Assembly (NCBI GenBank): GCA_016200965.1
Contig: JACQDT010000001.1
Location: 3,544 to 67,543, forward strand
Direction of reading: 5' to 3'
Source of the DNA: Candidatus Azambacteria bacterium
GTDB taxonomy: Bacteria > Patescibacteriota > Minisyncoccia > GWC2-36-17 > WO2-46-25
Length of the DNA stretch: 64,000 bases
Of this stretch, positions 10,242-19,026 are shown one piece after another. Positions within the stretch are counted from its first letter, which is position 1. The number at the start of each line of letters is the position of its first letter. Below the pieces are notes generated by a model that saw nothing but the letters and a program-made list of their open reading frames with translations, had not been told where the DNA came from and did no database searches. Position numbers and translations under genes: made by a program.

Positions 10242-10541
10242 TTATTTGTTTTCCAAAAAGGCGTGGATGTCAAGCACATCATCATGCGTAAGCGCCGCTT
10301 TGCGCTTGACCATTTCAAGATCCTTTTCCTGGATATCCGTCAAGACGCCTACCGTGGTCACCATCCCGCCTTCAAGCGAAGATACGGTGAACATAAGCGA
10401 ACTGAGGCATGAAACGCATGTCACACAGCATAATGCGTATGCATCGTTTTTGTCAATGATTGCAAGCCCTTCGTCCCGCAGTTTTTTGCGGCATACGGGA
10501 CATACTCCCAAAAACACGGTGTGTGCGCTTTTACGCTTCAT
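10242..10541 (-). CDS. hypothetical Cys-rich small protein
   Basis: ORF with CPVC and CCVTCVSC clusters. Start trimmed to an internal Met to avoid overlap with the upstream dehydrogenase gene. No recognisable family. Confidence 0.3.
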   Translation of the reverse strand: MKRKSAHTVFLGVCPVCRKKLRDEGLAIIDKNDAYALCCVTCVSCLSSLMFTVSSLEGGMVTTVGVLTDIQEKDLEMVKRKAALTHDDVLDIHAFLENK

Positions 10542-10551
10542 ATGGGCCTGT

Positions 10552-11520
10552 TTAAAGCTTATTGGGGGGCACTCTGCCCTCCAGCGCCTCAATGATGTTC
10601 AATGCGGCAAGTTCAGCCATCTTTCCCCGCGTTTCTTCGGTCGCAGAAGCAATATGGGGCGTGAGTACCGCGTTTGGCAGATCCGCAAGTCCCGGCGCAA
10701 GCGACGGCTCGTTCTCATACACGTCCAGCGCGGCTCCTTTTATCATTCCCTCTTTCAATGCGCGCACGAGCGCTTGCTCGTCCACGATGGGTCCGCGGGA
10801 CGTGTTGACCAGATACGCGGTTTTTTTCATCATGGCAAACTCATTTGTGCCTATCAAATACTTCGTGGCGGGAAGAAGCGGCACGTGAATGGATATGAAG
10901 TCCGATTCTTTCAAAAGCGTCGGCAGATCAACGTATCGCGCCCCGTATTCTTTTTCAAATTCGGCGTTGGGCTTCGGATCGTAATACAACACCTTCATGC
11001 CGAATCCCTTCGCCGCATGATGCGCCACGCGCGACCCTATTCTGCCCAATCCCACCACGCCAAGCGTTTTGCCCGACACATCTGAACCCAAAAGAAGCAT
11101 GGGGGCCCATCCTTTGTAGTTCCCCGCGCGCGTATACGCGTCCGCTTCCGCGATCCGATGCGCGGCGGCAAGGATAAGCGCGAACGTATGCTCGGCAACG
11201 GTGTTGGTCAGCACGCCGGGCGTGTTGGTAACGGTCATGCCACGCTGTTTCGCCGCGTCCAAGTTGATATTGTCGAATCCGACCGCATAATTCGCGAATA
11301 TTTTACACTGCGCTCCCGCCGCTTCAAATACCGCGTCGTCTATCTTATCGGTTAAAAGGCACAGTACCGCGTCATAGCTTTTCCCTTTAAGCGCAACTAT
11401 AAGCTCCTCTTTTGTGAGTACGCCGTCTTTCCCGCTCACCGTCACGTTGTATCCTTTCCCTTCAAGCGCGCGTATCCCCGGTTCCGGAATGCGTCTTGTT
11501 ATAAAAATATGTTGTTGCAT
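10552..11520 (-). CDS. D-isomer-specific 2-hydroxyacid dehydrogenase (glyoxylate/hydroxypyruvate reductase-like)
   Basis: NAD-binding GVVGLGRIGSRVA and catalytic-domain architecture of the D-2-hydroxyacid dehydrogenase family. Confidence 0.8.
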   Translation of the reverse strand: MQQHIFITRRIPEPGIRALEGKGYNVTVSGKDGVLTKEELIVALKGKSYDAVLCLLTDKIDDAVFEAAGAQCKIFANYAVGFDNINLDAAKQRGMTVTNTPGVLTNTVAEHTFALILAAAHRIAEADAYTRAGNYKGWAPMLLLGSDVSGKTLGVVGLGRIGSRVAHHAAKGFGMKVLYYDPKPNAEFEKEYGARYVDLPTLLKESDFISIHVPLLPATKYLIGTNEFAMMKKTAYLVNTSRGPIVDEQALVRALKEGMIKGAALDVYENEPSLAPGLADLPNAVLTPHIASATEETRGKMAELAALNIIEALEGRVPPNKL

Positions 11521-11600
11521 ATATGCAGTGTATCATGACGCATATCATCAGGCAACATTACCCTGTTCATCTGCATTATTTATGATATGATTGCTGTACT

Positions 11601-12977
11601 ATGACGCTCGGACGAAGAAGAATGTATTTTTTTCTGCTGGTAGCCGTGTTTTTTATCGCGGCGCCGGCGGTTATTTTGTATTCCCAAGGATACACGCTTG
11701 ACCTAAACAATTTTTCGCTCAAAAAAACAGGGGCTATTTTTTTGAGCACGAGCCCGAAAGGAGTGCGGATATTCGTAGACAACCTGCTCGCCGCCTCCAC
11801 GAGCGACATCATTTTCTCGCAAGGAAAACTACTCTCTCACATGGCGCCCAAAGAATACGATGTGAGAATTGAAAAAGAAGCGTATTCCCCGTGGGATAAA
11901 AAGCTTGAAGTGAAACCGCAGCTCGTCACCGAAGCGCGTAATATATTTCTCGTGCCGCAGCGCCCCCTGCCTTTGACAATCGAAAAAAAAGTAAGCGACG
12001 TCATCATCTCCGATTCCAACGCCATGATCGCGTACGTGAAGACGGACGGCGCCGCGATTTTTGACGTATCCTCGCCAAAAATAATCCCGCTGGCCGCACA
12101 GCCGGGAGAAAAAGTGGGAAACGTGCGTTTCGGCGCGGATGAAAATTACCTCGTCGTTGAAAGTTTTTTGAACAACCGCGTGAGAAAATATCTCCTGAAC
12201 GTCGCATCGGGAGAAACCACCCAGATCAGCGAGGATAACAATGAACAATTCATAAAAATCCGCCAATATCCCGCGGGAGAACCGAAAATCATTGCCCTTT
12301 CCTCAAATCGAGAACTCTATTTCATGGATACACGCTCCCAACAAGAAAAAACAACCATTGCGACCAATATAAGCAACTTTGAGCTCTTTGGCGATAAAAT
12401 ACTGTACGCGACGGTTGCACCGACCGTATTTTATGAAAAAGATCTCGTGAGTGGAAAAACAGAACAGCTTAATCAAACCCCTGTTGTACAGTTTGATTTT
12501 TCTTCAAAAATACTGAGATCGCGCGGCGGCTTTGTAGCGTTCATTGATAACGAACAATCGCTCTTTATATACAATCAGGAAGAAAAAATATTCCATCTCA
12601 TCGCAAAGAATGTCCTGAGCGCAATTTTTTCCGACGATGATAAAAAACTAATGTGGCAGAATAAAAATGAGATCTATATATACTACCTGAAAGATATCGT
12701 AATACATCCGCAAAAAGCGGCAGGAGAGATAGAACTCATCACGCGCTTTTCAAAGCCCGTAGGCGCGATTGCGTGGTTTTCATACGACAACGAGCATATT
12801 CTCTTTGCGGCGGACGAAAAACTGAAACTCATAGAACTTGACGGAAGAGATAAAAGAAATGTATACGACATCGCTGAGGTAAAAAAGCCGGTAAAGATCA
12901 TATATAACGATTTTGACGATTTCATTTACTTCCTTGACGGACAGACATTCAAAAAAATCACGCTGATAAAAAACTGA
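11601..12977 (+). CDS. membrane-anchored hypothetical protein with PEGA-like domain and beta-propeller-like repeats
   Basis: N-terminal TM helix. A GVRIFVDN ... YDVRIEKEAY segment resembles a PEGA domain. The repetitive C-terminal region is TolB-like. Confidence 0.4.
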   Translation: MTLGRRRMYFFLLVAVFFIAAPAVILYSQGYTLDLNNFSLKKTGAIFLSTSPKGVRIFVDNLLAASTSDIIFSQGKLLSHMAPKEYDVRIEKEAYSPWDKKLEVKPQLVTEARNIFLVPQRPLPLTIEKKVSDVIISDSNAMIAYVKTDGAAIFDVSSPKIIPLAAQPGEKVGNVRFGADENYLVVESFLNNRVRKYLLNVASGETTQISEDNNEQFIKIRQYPAGEPKIIALSSNRELYFMDTRSQQEKTTIATNISNFELFGDKILYATVAPTVFYEKDLVSGKTEQLNQTPVVQFDFSSKILRSRGGFVAFIDNEQSLFIYNQEEKIFHLIAKNVLSAIFSDDDKKLMWQNKNEIYIYYLKDIVIHPQKAAGEIELITRFSKPVGAIAWFSYDNEHILFAADEKLKLIELDGRDKRNVYDIAEVKKPVKIIYNDFDDFIYFLDGQTFKKITLIKN

Positions 12978-12978
12978 A

Positions 12979-13002
12979 GAAAAGCCCCCGAGCGGGGGCT
13001 TT
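12979..13002. terminator. bidirectional rho-independent terminator (aaaaGCCCCCgagcGGGGGCtttt)
   Basis: Perfect 6-bp GC stem with A and T runs, between convergent genes. Confidence 0.55.
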
Positions 13003-13018
13003 TGACTAGATCTTAAAA

Positions 13019-13552
13019 TTACCGTTTTGACCACCGTGGGGCTTTGCGCGCTTTCTTCAAACCGTATTTCTTCGTTTCTTTCATCCTTGCATCGCGCTTC
13101 AAATAAAGCGCCCGCTTGAGCCGTTTGCGGAAATCGGGGTTGAATGCCACGAGCGCCCGTGCGATGCCGTGGCGTATCGCCTCCGCTTGCGCGTGTATTC
13201 CTCCCCCTTGAACGAACGCGGACACGCGCATCCGCTCAACGCTTTTCATTTTCACTAAAGGCGCGTTCACAATCCTCTGCAAACTTTCTCCGGGGAAATA
13301 ACTTGCGCATTCTTTGCCATTTATCGTGATGCCGGTTCCTTTTGTGTAAATCCGCACGCGTGCATGCGCGGTTTTCCTTCTTCCTATGCCTTCAAAATAA
13401 CGATCTGATTTTGTTTCTTTTACGCCCCCCGCTTCAACAACGGGCGCCGGAATCATTTCTTCCGCCACCTCATGTGCCACGCTCTCGGCAACGAGAGGCG
13501 CTTTTTGTTTTTTTATCTTTTCTCCTTTTGGTTTTGTCGTTTTTGCTGTCAT
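13019..13552 (-). CDS. rpsI: 30S ribosomal protein S9 with N-terminal extension
   Basis: GRRKTAHARVRI ... LKRDARMKETKKYGLKKARKAPRWSKR C-terminus typical of S9. Confidence 0.9.
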   Translation of the reverse strand: MTAKTTKPKGEKIKKQKAPLVAESVAHEVAEEMIPAPVVEAGGVKETKSDRYFEGIGRRKTAHARVRIYTKGTGITINGKECASYFPGESLQRIVNAPLVKMKSVERMRVSAFVQGGGIHAQAEAIRHGIARALVAFNPDFRKRLKRALYLKRDARMKETKKYGLKKARKAPRWSKR

Positions 13553-13557
13553 AAAAA

Positions 13558-13929
13558 CTATTTAATCTCTTTTCTGTGCGTAAACAATCTCTTCATGGCA
13601 AGCGGACGTAATTTATTTTTAGGCAACATGCCGTATACCGCTCTGTAGAGTGCGTCTCCTGGGTCTTTTTCCATAACATCTTCCAGCTTTGTTTCCTTCA
13701 AACCCCCGGGATAGCCGGAATAATGATAATACTTTTTCTGCGCGAGTTTGTCTCCCGTCAACTTCATTTCCCCGACGTTAAAAACATGCACGATGTCTTT
13801 ACTGTCTATATGGCGTTGAAAATCGGCGCTCGCTTTTCCGCGCAAAAGCATGGCAACCTCAGATGCCAATCTGCCCAGTGCCTTGCCGTTCGCGTCGATT
13901 TTATATACCGTTCGTTCTCTTTTGATCAT
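13558..13929 (-). CDS. rplM: 50S ribosomal protein L13
   Basis: Canonical L13 sequence (LGRLASEVA ... KLTGDKLAQKKYYHYSGYPGG). Adjacent to rpsI. Confidence 0.9.
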   Translation of the reverse strand: MIKRERTVYKIDANGKALGRLASEVAMLLRGKASADFQRHIDSKDIVHVFNVGEMKLTGDKLAQKKYYHYSGYPGGLKETKLEDVMEKDPGDALYRAVYGMLPKNKLRPLAMKRLFTHRKEIK

Positions 13930-13931
13930 AC

Positions 13932-14279
13932 CTATATGAATTCAATTTGCGCCATGTGCGAGCCGTCCGATCTGCGCTGTCCCAATTTGATAATCCGCGT
14001 ATAGCCGCCTTTTCTTTCTTTGTATTTGGGAGCGATTTCATCAAACAGCTTTTGCGCGACATGTGCCGCGAGCGTTTTTCTGATGAATCTAACCGTGGTC
14101 AGAGATTTCACTCTTGCCTTTGAAACCATTTTTTCGATGGACGGGCGAAGTTCTTTCGCCTTTGCTTCGGTCGTGCGAATGCGATCATGTAAAATAAGTG
14201 CGGTTGCGAGCGACTTCATCAGCGCCTTTCGCTGGCCGGTTTCTCTGTGAAATTTTCTTGCTTTCTTTAAATGCCTCAT
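13932..14279 (-). CDS. rplQ: 50S ribosomal protein L17
   Basis: MRHLKKARKFHRETGQRKAL ... RTTEAKAKELR, the canonical L17 N-terminus. Downstream of rpoA. Confidence 0.9.
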   Translation of the reverse strand: MRHLKKARKFHRETGQRKALMKSLATALILHDRIRTTEAKAKELRPSIEKMVSKARVKSLTTVRFIRKTLAAHVAQKLFDEIAPKYKERKGGYTRIIKLGQRRSDGSHMAQIEFI

Positions 14280-14283
14280 ACCA

Positions 14284-15231
14284 TTACTTTTCTTTCAGCG
14301 ACAATCCCGCTTTTTTCAGCGCCTTTTTTATTTCCGTGACCCCTTTTACTCCTATGCCTTCAAAGGCAAGGATTTCATCTTCTGTTTTACTCGTCAAATC
14401 CTCTGCGCCAGTTATTCCCGCCGCCGCAAGCGCATTGGCAACTCTTGCCGACAAGCCAAGATAAGAAAGCGCCGAGCCGATCTTTTCTGTCTCGCCTTCC
14501 GCTTGGCTTTTTTTAGACGCGGACAGAAATTCTTTTTCCGCATCGGAAGAAGTAAGCTCCTGGAACTGCTCCACCACTATCCGCGCGGCTTTCAAGAATG
14601 CTTCCTCCGGATCGATCGTACCATCGGTCTCAATTGAAAAACGCACGCGGTCAAAATCCGTCCTCTCGCCTACGCGCATATTTTCCACATCATAGTTTAT
14701 TTTTCTGATGGGAGTAAAAATGGCGTCCAGGGCCATCGTGCCGACTTCAAGTTTTTCTTTTTTTCTCGTTTCAACGGGCACATAGCCAAACCCCTTTTCT
14801 ACGGTCATCTCAACCTCAAATACTGATTTTTTATCGCTTAACGTCGCGATGTGCAAAGAAGGATTCACTATTTCCACCTGGCTGGGTCCTTCAACATCTT
14901 TTCCGGAAACCTTCCGCTCGCCATGCGTCTTTATATATATTTTTTGCGGCTCATCGGAGTGCACGCGAAGCCGCAACTGTTTCAAATTCAAAAGAATTTG
15001 CACCACATCTTCCATGACGCCCGGCACGGTTGAAAATTCATGCGAGACCCCCTTTATCTTCACCAAAGTGACCGCGGCGCCTTCAAGGGACGACAGTAAA
15101 ACGCGGCGAAGCGTATTCCCCACGGTCATTCCGTATCCGGGATACAGATTCTCGACTTCGATGACCGCCCTGAAACCGTTTTTTTCAACACACAGGGGCT
15201 TTTTTGGCAAAGGTATTGGCATGGTACGCAA
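14284..15231 (-). CDS. rpoA: DNA-directed RNA polymerase subunit alpha
   Basis: GYGMTVGNTLRRVLLSSLEGAA N-terminal domain and C-terminal alpha-CTD. The TTG start at 15231 may really be the ATG at 15222. Confidence 0.9.
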   Translation of the reverse strand: MRTMPIPLPKKPLCVEKNGFRAVIEVENLYPGYGMTVGNTLRRVLLSSLEGAAVTLVKIKGVSHEFSTVPGVMEDVVQILLNLKQLRLRVHSDEPQKIYIKTHGERKVSGKDVEGPSQVEIVNPSLHIATLSDKKSVFEVEMTVEKGFGYVPVETRKKEKLEVGTMALDAIFTPIRKINYDVENMRVGERTDFDRVRFSIETDGTIDPEEAFLKAARIVVEQFQELTSSDAEKEFLSASKKSQAEGETEKIGSALSYLGLSARVANALAAAGITGAEDLTSKTEDEILAFEGIGVKGVTEIKKALKKAGLSLKEK

Positions 15232-15254
15232 AAAAATTAATGGTTATGTTATTA

Positions 15255-15756
15255 TTATCGCGAATAAAATTCCACAATACGCTGCATATTGAACGGGAGA
15301 TCAAGCTCTTCGCCTTCCGGCATCCGTTTTACCGTTGCCTTCAAGGTTTCCTTATTCAATTCCAGCCATGTATGAAGGCACATTTACGCGCCGGCCGTTG
15401 ACGGTCAGATGGCCGTGGCCGACCATCTGGTGCGCCTGACTGCGCGAACTTGAAAATCCAAGCCGATACGCCGCGTTGTCAAGCCGCGTCTCCAAAAGAC
15501 GGCCAAGCACCGTCGCGGTCATGCTCTTGCTTTTTGCCGCCATGTCAAAATACTTTCTGAACTGCCGCTCGCGCAGACCGTAGGTCCGTTTCACCTTCTG
15601 CTTTTCCGCAAGCTGAAGCGCGAATTCAGATACCCCCCTGCGATACGATTTTCCGTGCTGTCCCGGCGGATACGCGCGTTTTTTCAGCGCGCACGTTACC
15701 TTGCCGCACACCGATACTCCGAGCCGCCTGCACATTTTACATGTTGATTTGACCAT
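15255..15756 (-). CDS. rpsD: 30S ribosomal protein S4, apparently frameshifted near 15352-15365
   Basis: The N-terminal 134 aa (CRRLGVS ... GHGHLTVNGRRVNVPSY) end at a TAA. The S4 C-terminus (LELNKETLKATVKRMPEGEELDLPFNMQRIVEFYSR) continues in the +1 frame to 15255. Confidence 0.7.
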
Positions 15757-15765
15757 AAGTAGCGT

Positions 15766-16215
15766 TTAGACCCTTCTTACTTTAGGCGGACGACAGCCGT
15801 TATGCGGAATAGGAGTCACATCGGAAACAGAAAGCACGTTCAGCGCGTTGGCGATCGTGCGTACCGCGGATTCGCGCCCCGACCCGATTCCTTTCACATA
15901 CACCACCACGTCCTGCAATCCTGATTTTTTCACCTTTTCCATCACCGTTTCCACTACGCGCGTCGCGGCATACGGAGTCGCTTTTTTCGCTCCCTTGAAT
16001 CCGAGCGCACCCGCCGACGCCCAGGCAAGCACATTGCCATGATCATCGGCGACAGAAACAATGGTATTGTTATAGGTCGCCTGCACATGCGCCTGCCCCG
16101 CCTTTGTGGAACGCTTCGCCGAAGAAACGGAAATCTTTTTTTCCGCGGTTTCTTGTTCGGTGGTTTCCCGAATCATTTCCTCATCCTTTTGTGTAAGCAC
16201 CTTTTTCTTTCCCAT
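15766..16215 (-). CDS. rpsK: 30S ribosomal protein S11
   Basis: ATYNNTIVSVADDHGNVLAWASAG ... NGCRPPKVRRV, the canonical S11 sequence. Confidence 0.9.
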   Translation of the reverse strand: MGKKKVLTQKDEEMIRETTEQETAEKKISVSSAKRSTKAGQAHVQATYNNTIVSVADDHGNVLAWASAGALGFKGAKKATPYAATRVVETVMEKVKKSGLQDVVVYVKGIGSGRESAVRTIANALNVLSVSDVTPIPHNGCRPPKVRRV

Positions 16216-16217
16216 GC

Positions 16218-16555
16218 CAATGTGATTTAAGATTTATGAGCTCAATGCGAAGTAAATCTTAAATCACATTGAGCACCCCGCTCCATTTTTGCCTTTGCAT
16301 ATCGCGCGAAGTGCGCATGCCGGACCCCGAAGCAGAACCTGCGGTTCGCTACAGGGCAGGTAGGTATGAACTGCGCAATGGGGTGCCTGCCCCGTAGTGA
16401 GCTGTGCTCTACTACCGGGGAAGCGCTTCGCCCAAAACGGAGTGTGGCTATTCGCCACTCGCGCTTCGCTTGTTATTCTGTTGCAAAAATGGGGCGGGGT
16501 AAGGTTTTCTAGTCCCAATCAGAACGCTCAAAGCAATAAGCATTCTGATTGGGAC
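16218..16555. other. GC-rich structured non-coding insert between rpsM and rpsK, bracketed by perfect hairpins (possible ncRNA, regulatory leader or MITE)
   Basis: A 19-bp perfect inverted repeat at 16218-16236 / 16253-16271 lies 2 nt from the rpsK start codon. A 13-bp perfect inverted repeat sits at 16512-16524 / 16543-16555. Several internal stems such as gggcagg/cctgccc and gaagcgc/gcgcttc. Confidence 0.45.
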
Positions 16556-16563
16556 GAAAGCCC

Positions 16564-16950
16564 TTATTTCTTATCCAGCGCCCTTCTTCCCGATCCGGCG
16601 GTTTTGCGCACATTACCTCTGCGCGTGCGTGAATTGGTCTTTGTCCGCTGGCCGCGCACGGGCAGGCCTTTCATGTGCCGAATGCCCCGATATGATTTGA
16701 TGTCTTTCAACCGCTTGATATGAAACATCACGTCCCGTTTCAAATCGCCTTCTATCTTATAATTTTTTTCTATCACTTCCTTGATACGGTTGATCTCGTC
16801 GGAGGTAAGCTGCGCAGCTCGTTTGTTGACATCCACCCGCGCCTGCCCGAGCACAAATTTCGCGCGCGAAGGACCGATGCCGTATATATACGTCAGTGCA
16901 ATCTCGGCTCTTTTTTTATCAGGAATATTTACTCCCACGATGCGTGCCAT
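16564..16950 (-). CDS. rpsM: 30S ribosomal protein S13
   Basis: MARIVGVNIP ... IYGIG ... RGIRH ... LPVRGQRTKTN, the canonical S13 sequence. Confidence 0.9.
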   Translation of the reverse strand: MARIVGVNIPDKKRAEIALTYIYGIGPSRAKFVLGQARVDVNKRAAQLTSDEINRIKEVIEKNYKIEGDLKRDVMFHIKRLKDIKSYRGIRHMKGLPVRGQRTKTNSRTRRGNVRKTAGSGRRALDKK

Positions 16951-16951
16951 A

Positions 16952-17065
16952 TTATTTCTGCCGCTGTTTATGTTTTGGATTCTCGCACGTCACAAGAATA
17001 CGTCCGCGCCTGCGGACGGTCTTGCATTTCATACATATCTTTTTTACCGACGACCTGATTTTCAT
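16952..17065 (-). CDS. rpmJ: 50S ribosomal protein L36 (38 aa; not in supplied ORF track)
   Basis: Translates as [37 protein letters not shown]. Sits between infA and rpsM as expected. Confidence 0.85.
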   Translation of the reverse strand: MKIRSSVKKICMKCKTVRRRGRILVTCENPKHKQRQK

Positions 17066-17141
17066 TACAGACAAAATCCAGAAGCAAAAAAGCAAAGGCG
17101 AAATCCGCTCCGGATTCTGCTTTCTCGCTTCTGGATTCTAT

Positions 17142-17363
17142 TTATTGTTTAGTCCTTAACACGATCCTTCCTTTCGTGTGATCGTACGGAGTCATCTCCA
17201 CCACCACCTTGTCTCCCGGCAGTACCTTGATAAAATGAAGCCGCATTTTTCCCGCCAAGTGAGCGAAAATCAGGGTCCCGTCGTCGTCAAGTTTCACGCG
17301 AAACGTAGCATTGGGCAAATTTTCCTGAACTATCCCTTCCCTCCGAAGATTCTCATTTGGCAT
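17142..17363 (-). CDS. infA: translation initiation factor IF-1
   Basis: [33 protein letters not shown] ... [16 protein letters not shown], the canonical S1-like IF-1 sequence. Confidence 0.9.
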   Translation of the reverse strand: MPNENLRREGIVQENLPNATFRVKLDDDGTLIFAHLAGKMRLHFIKVLPGDKVVVEMTPYDHTKGRIVLRTKQ

Positions 17364-17406
17364 AACTATCCTCTATTTGTAACAAAATAATAAAAAGAAG
17401 TCAATA

Positions 17407-19026
17407 CTACATCCCCTGGACTGTCACGGTGATTCTCTTGGGGTTATCGGGCGCAAGCGAGATCCAAAAAGGCCAAAAAGTGACTTCCGCGCTTTCTACC
17501 GCCTCATTTTCACGCAATATTCGCTTTATTTCGTCTTCCCCTTTGCCCGCAAGCTGCGCCTGTATTTGTTCTTGCTTGACCGCGCCCGCCGCAAGTTCAT
17601 TGACCTTCACCGTGAAACTCAACGCGGTTTTTCCCGAATTCATCGTTTCATCCGCATACGAAACGACTCTGGTGCCCGGCACCGTTTTTTGCGTATCAAG
17701 CAATCTGCGGACTAAGTGATCCTCCGCCAGCGCGGCGACGTCGCTCTCCGAAAACGCGAACACTTCATATGCCGCCTTCAGGCGCGCTTTGAATTTTCCG
17801 CCCGCGTCGGGAGTGTCGGCGGAAAAATCAGGCGTTCCCTGCGTGCGCGCCCCTGCAAGCACCACGAGTCCTTTGCCGATGTTCGCATTGATATATTCCT
17901 GCGTCTGGGCGGCAAGCTTTTCCGAAAGCGCCGCTTTTGCTTTTTCCAAATCATCCGCCGTCGCCGCGAAACTTCCTCCCGTTCCCCCGCCCGTCATCGG
18001 CTTTGACGATTTCGCGCGAAATCCGGTGAACTTCGGCGTACCTGCAAATCCCGGAATGGTAAAATCGGACGGGCCGATGTTGTGCGCCGCGCCCGCCTGA
18101 TCCGCGATTATTGCCGCCGTGACCATGCCCGGGGAAACAACTTTACCGTCTTTGATCGTCGCGCCCGGTACGACGACGCCGTTTTTCAGACGAAATACGT
18201 TACCGTCTTTCGCCGTAAAGCGCGTGCTTTTCACCAGCGTCTGGGAGTTGCTTGAAAACTCGTTGTATACGGTCAGCTCACCCTCCGCTTTTGTCTCTTG
18301 ATTGTTTTTGCTCGATGCGGTGAATTCGCCCTCCGCCGTTTTTTCCGTTTGTATGCTTTGTCCGGGGATGCGCGCCTTGCCGACATCAATAGCCGAAAGC
18401 TTGCTGTCGGCAACGGCTTGAAAATCAAACCGCACGGTCTCTTTTTTGGGCACGATGACAACCGACAAACGCGGAGAAAGCGCATAAAAACCGGCGCCTG
18501 CCGCCACCCCGGCGGCGATGAAGGAAAGGGTGATGAATTTCCAACTGAATGCAATGCCGCTGTGCGGCTCAATCTCCTCGCCGCGCAGCATGTTCCGTTC
18601 CGTGAGCGTGACACGCGACGCTTCAGGAGCAATGGTTTTCCGGAATACCGTAGGCGCATGAGCGTCGCGTCGCATCACCCGCACATTGATCTCCTCCGGC
18701 TCGTCCTCCGCCGGCGCATCTTCTATAACCGACACCGGCGCGGCGGCGTGCTCTTCTTCGGCTTCCAGTTCCTCAACGCTTATCTCAAGTGAATCCATGC
18801 TTGCGTTTTTTGCGGCATCAAGCACGTTCCGGTCAAGAGATGCAATGACGATATTCTTCCCAAGCGCGACCGCTTCGCGGCGCAAAAGCTTGATATTGAC
18901 CGCGTCGATAAAAAGCGCGGGATTGCGGTCGGCGGCAATGTAAATTGTATTCTCCTCCGTATTTTCCATCCTGTCGATCAAATACGCGATACTCTCGTCG
19001 GGATGGATGTATAAAATTTTTCTCAT
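17407..19026 (-). CDS. hypothetical membrane-anchored protein (lineage-specific)
   Basis: Long ORF with an internal TM segment and an Ala/Gly-rich extracytoplasmic region. Start placed at the MRKILYIHPDE Met to minimise overlap. Confidence 0.4.
   Translation of the reverse strand: MRKILYIHPDESIAYLIDRMENTEENTIYIAADRNPALFIDAVNIKLLRREAVALGKNIVIASLDRNVLDAAKNASMDSLEISVEELEAEEEHAAAPVSVIEDAPAEDEPEEINVRVMRRDAHAPTVFRKTIAPEASRVTLTERNMLRGEEIEPHSGIAFSWKFITLSFIAAGVAAGAGFYALSPRLSVVIVPKKETVRFDFQAVADSKLSAIDVGKARIPGQSIQTEKTAEGEFTASSKNNQETKAEGELTVYNEFSSNSQTLVKSTRFTAKDGNVFRLKNGVVVPGATIKDGKVVSPGMVTAAIIADQAGAAHNIGPSDFTIPGFAGTPKFTGFRAKSSKPMTGGGTGGSFAATADDLEKAKAALSEKLAAQTQEYINANIGKGLVVLAGARTQGTPDFSADTPDAGGKFKARLKAAYEVFAFSESDVAALAEDHLVRRLLDTQKTVPGTRVVSYADETMNSGKTALSFTVKVNELAAGAVKQEQIQAQLAGKGEDEIKRILRENEAVESAEVTFWPFWISLAPDNPKRITVTVQGM

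Noticed and set aside
16264-16518. 84-aa ORF in the rpsM-rpsK spacer (and overlapping 16397..16723)
   Set aside because: Composition is Cys/Pro/Arg-rich, with no SD and no motif. The region is better explained as structured non-coding DNA.
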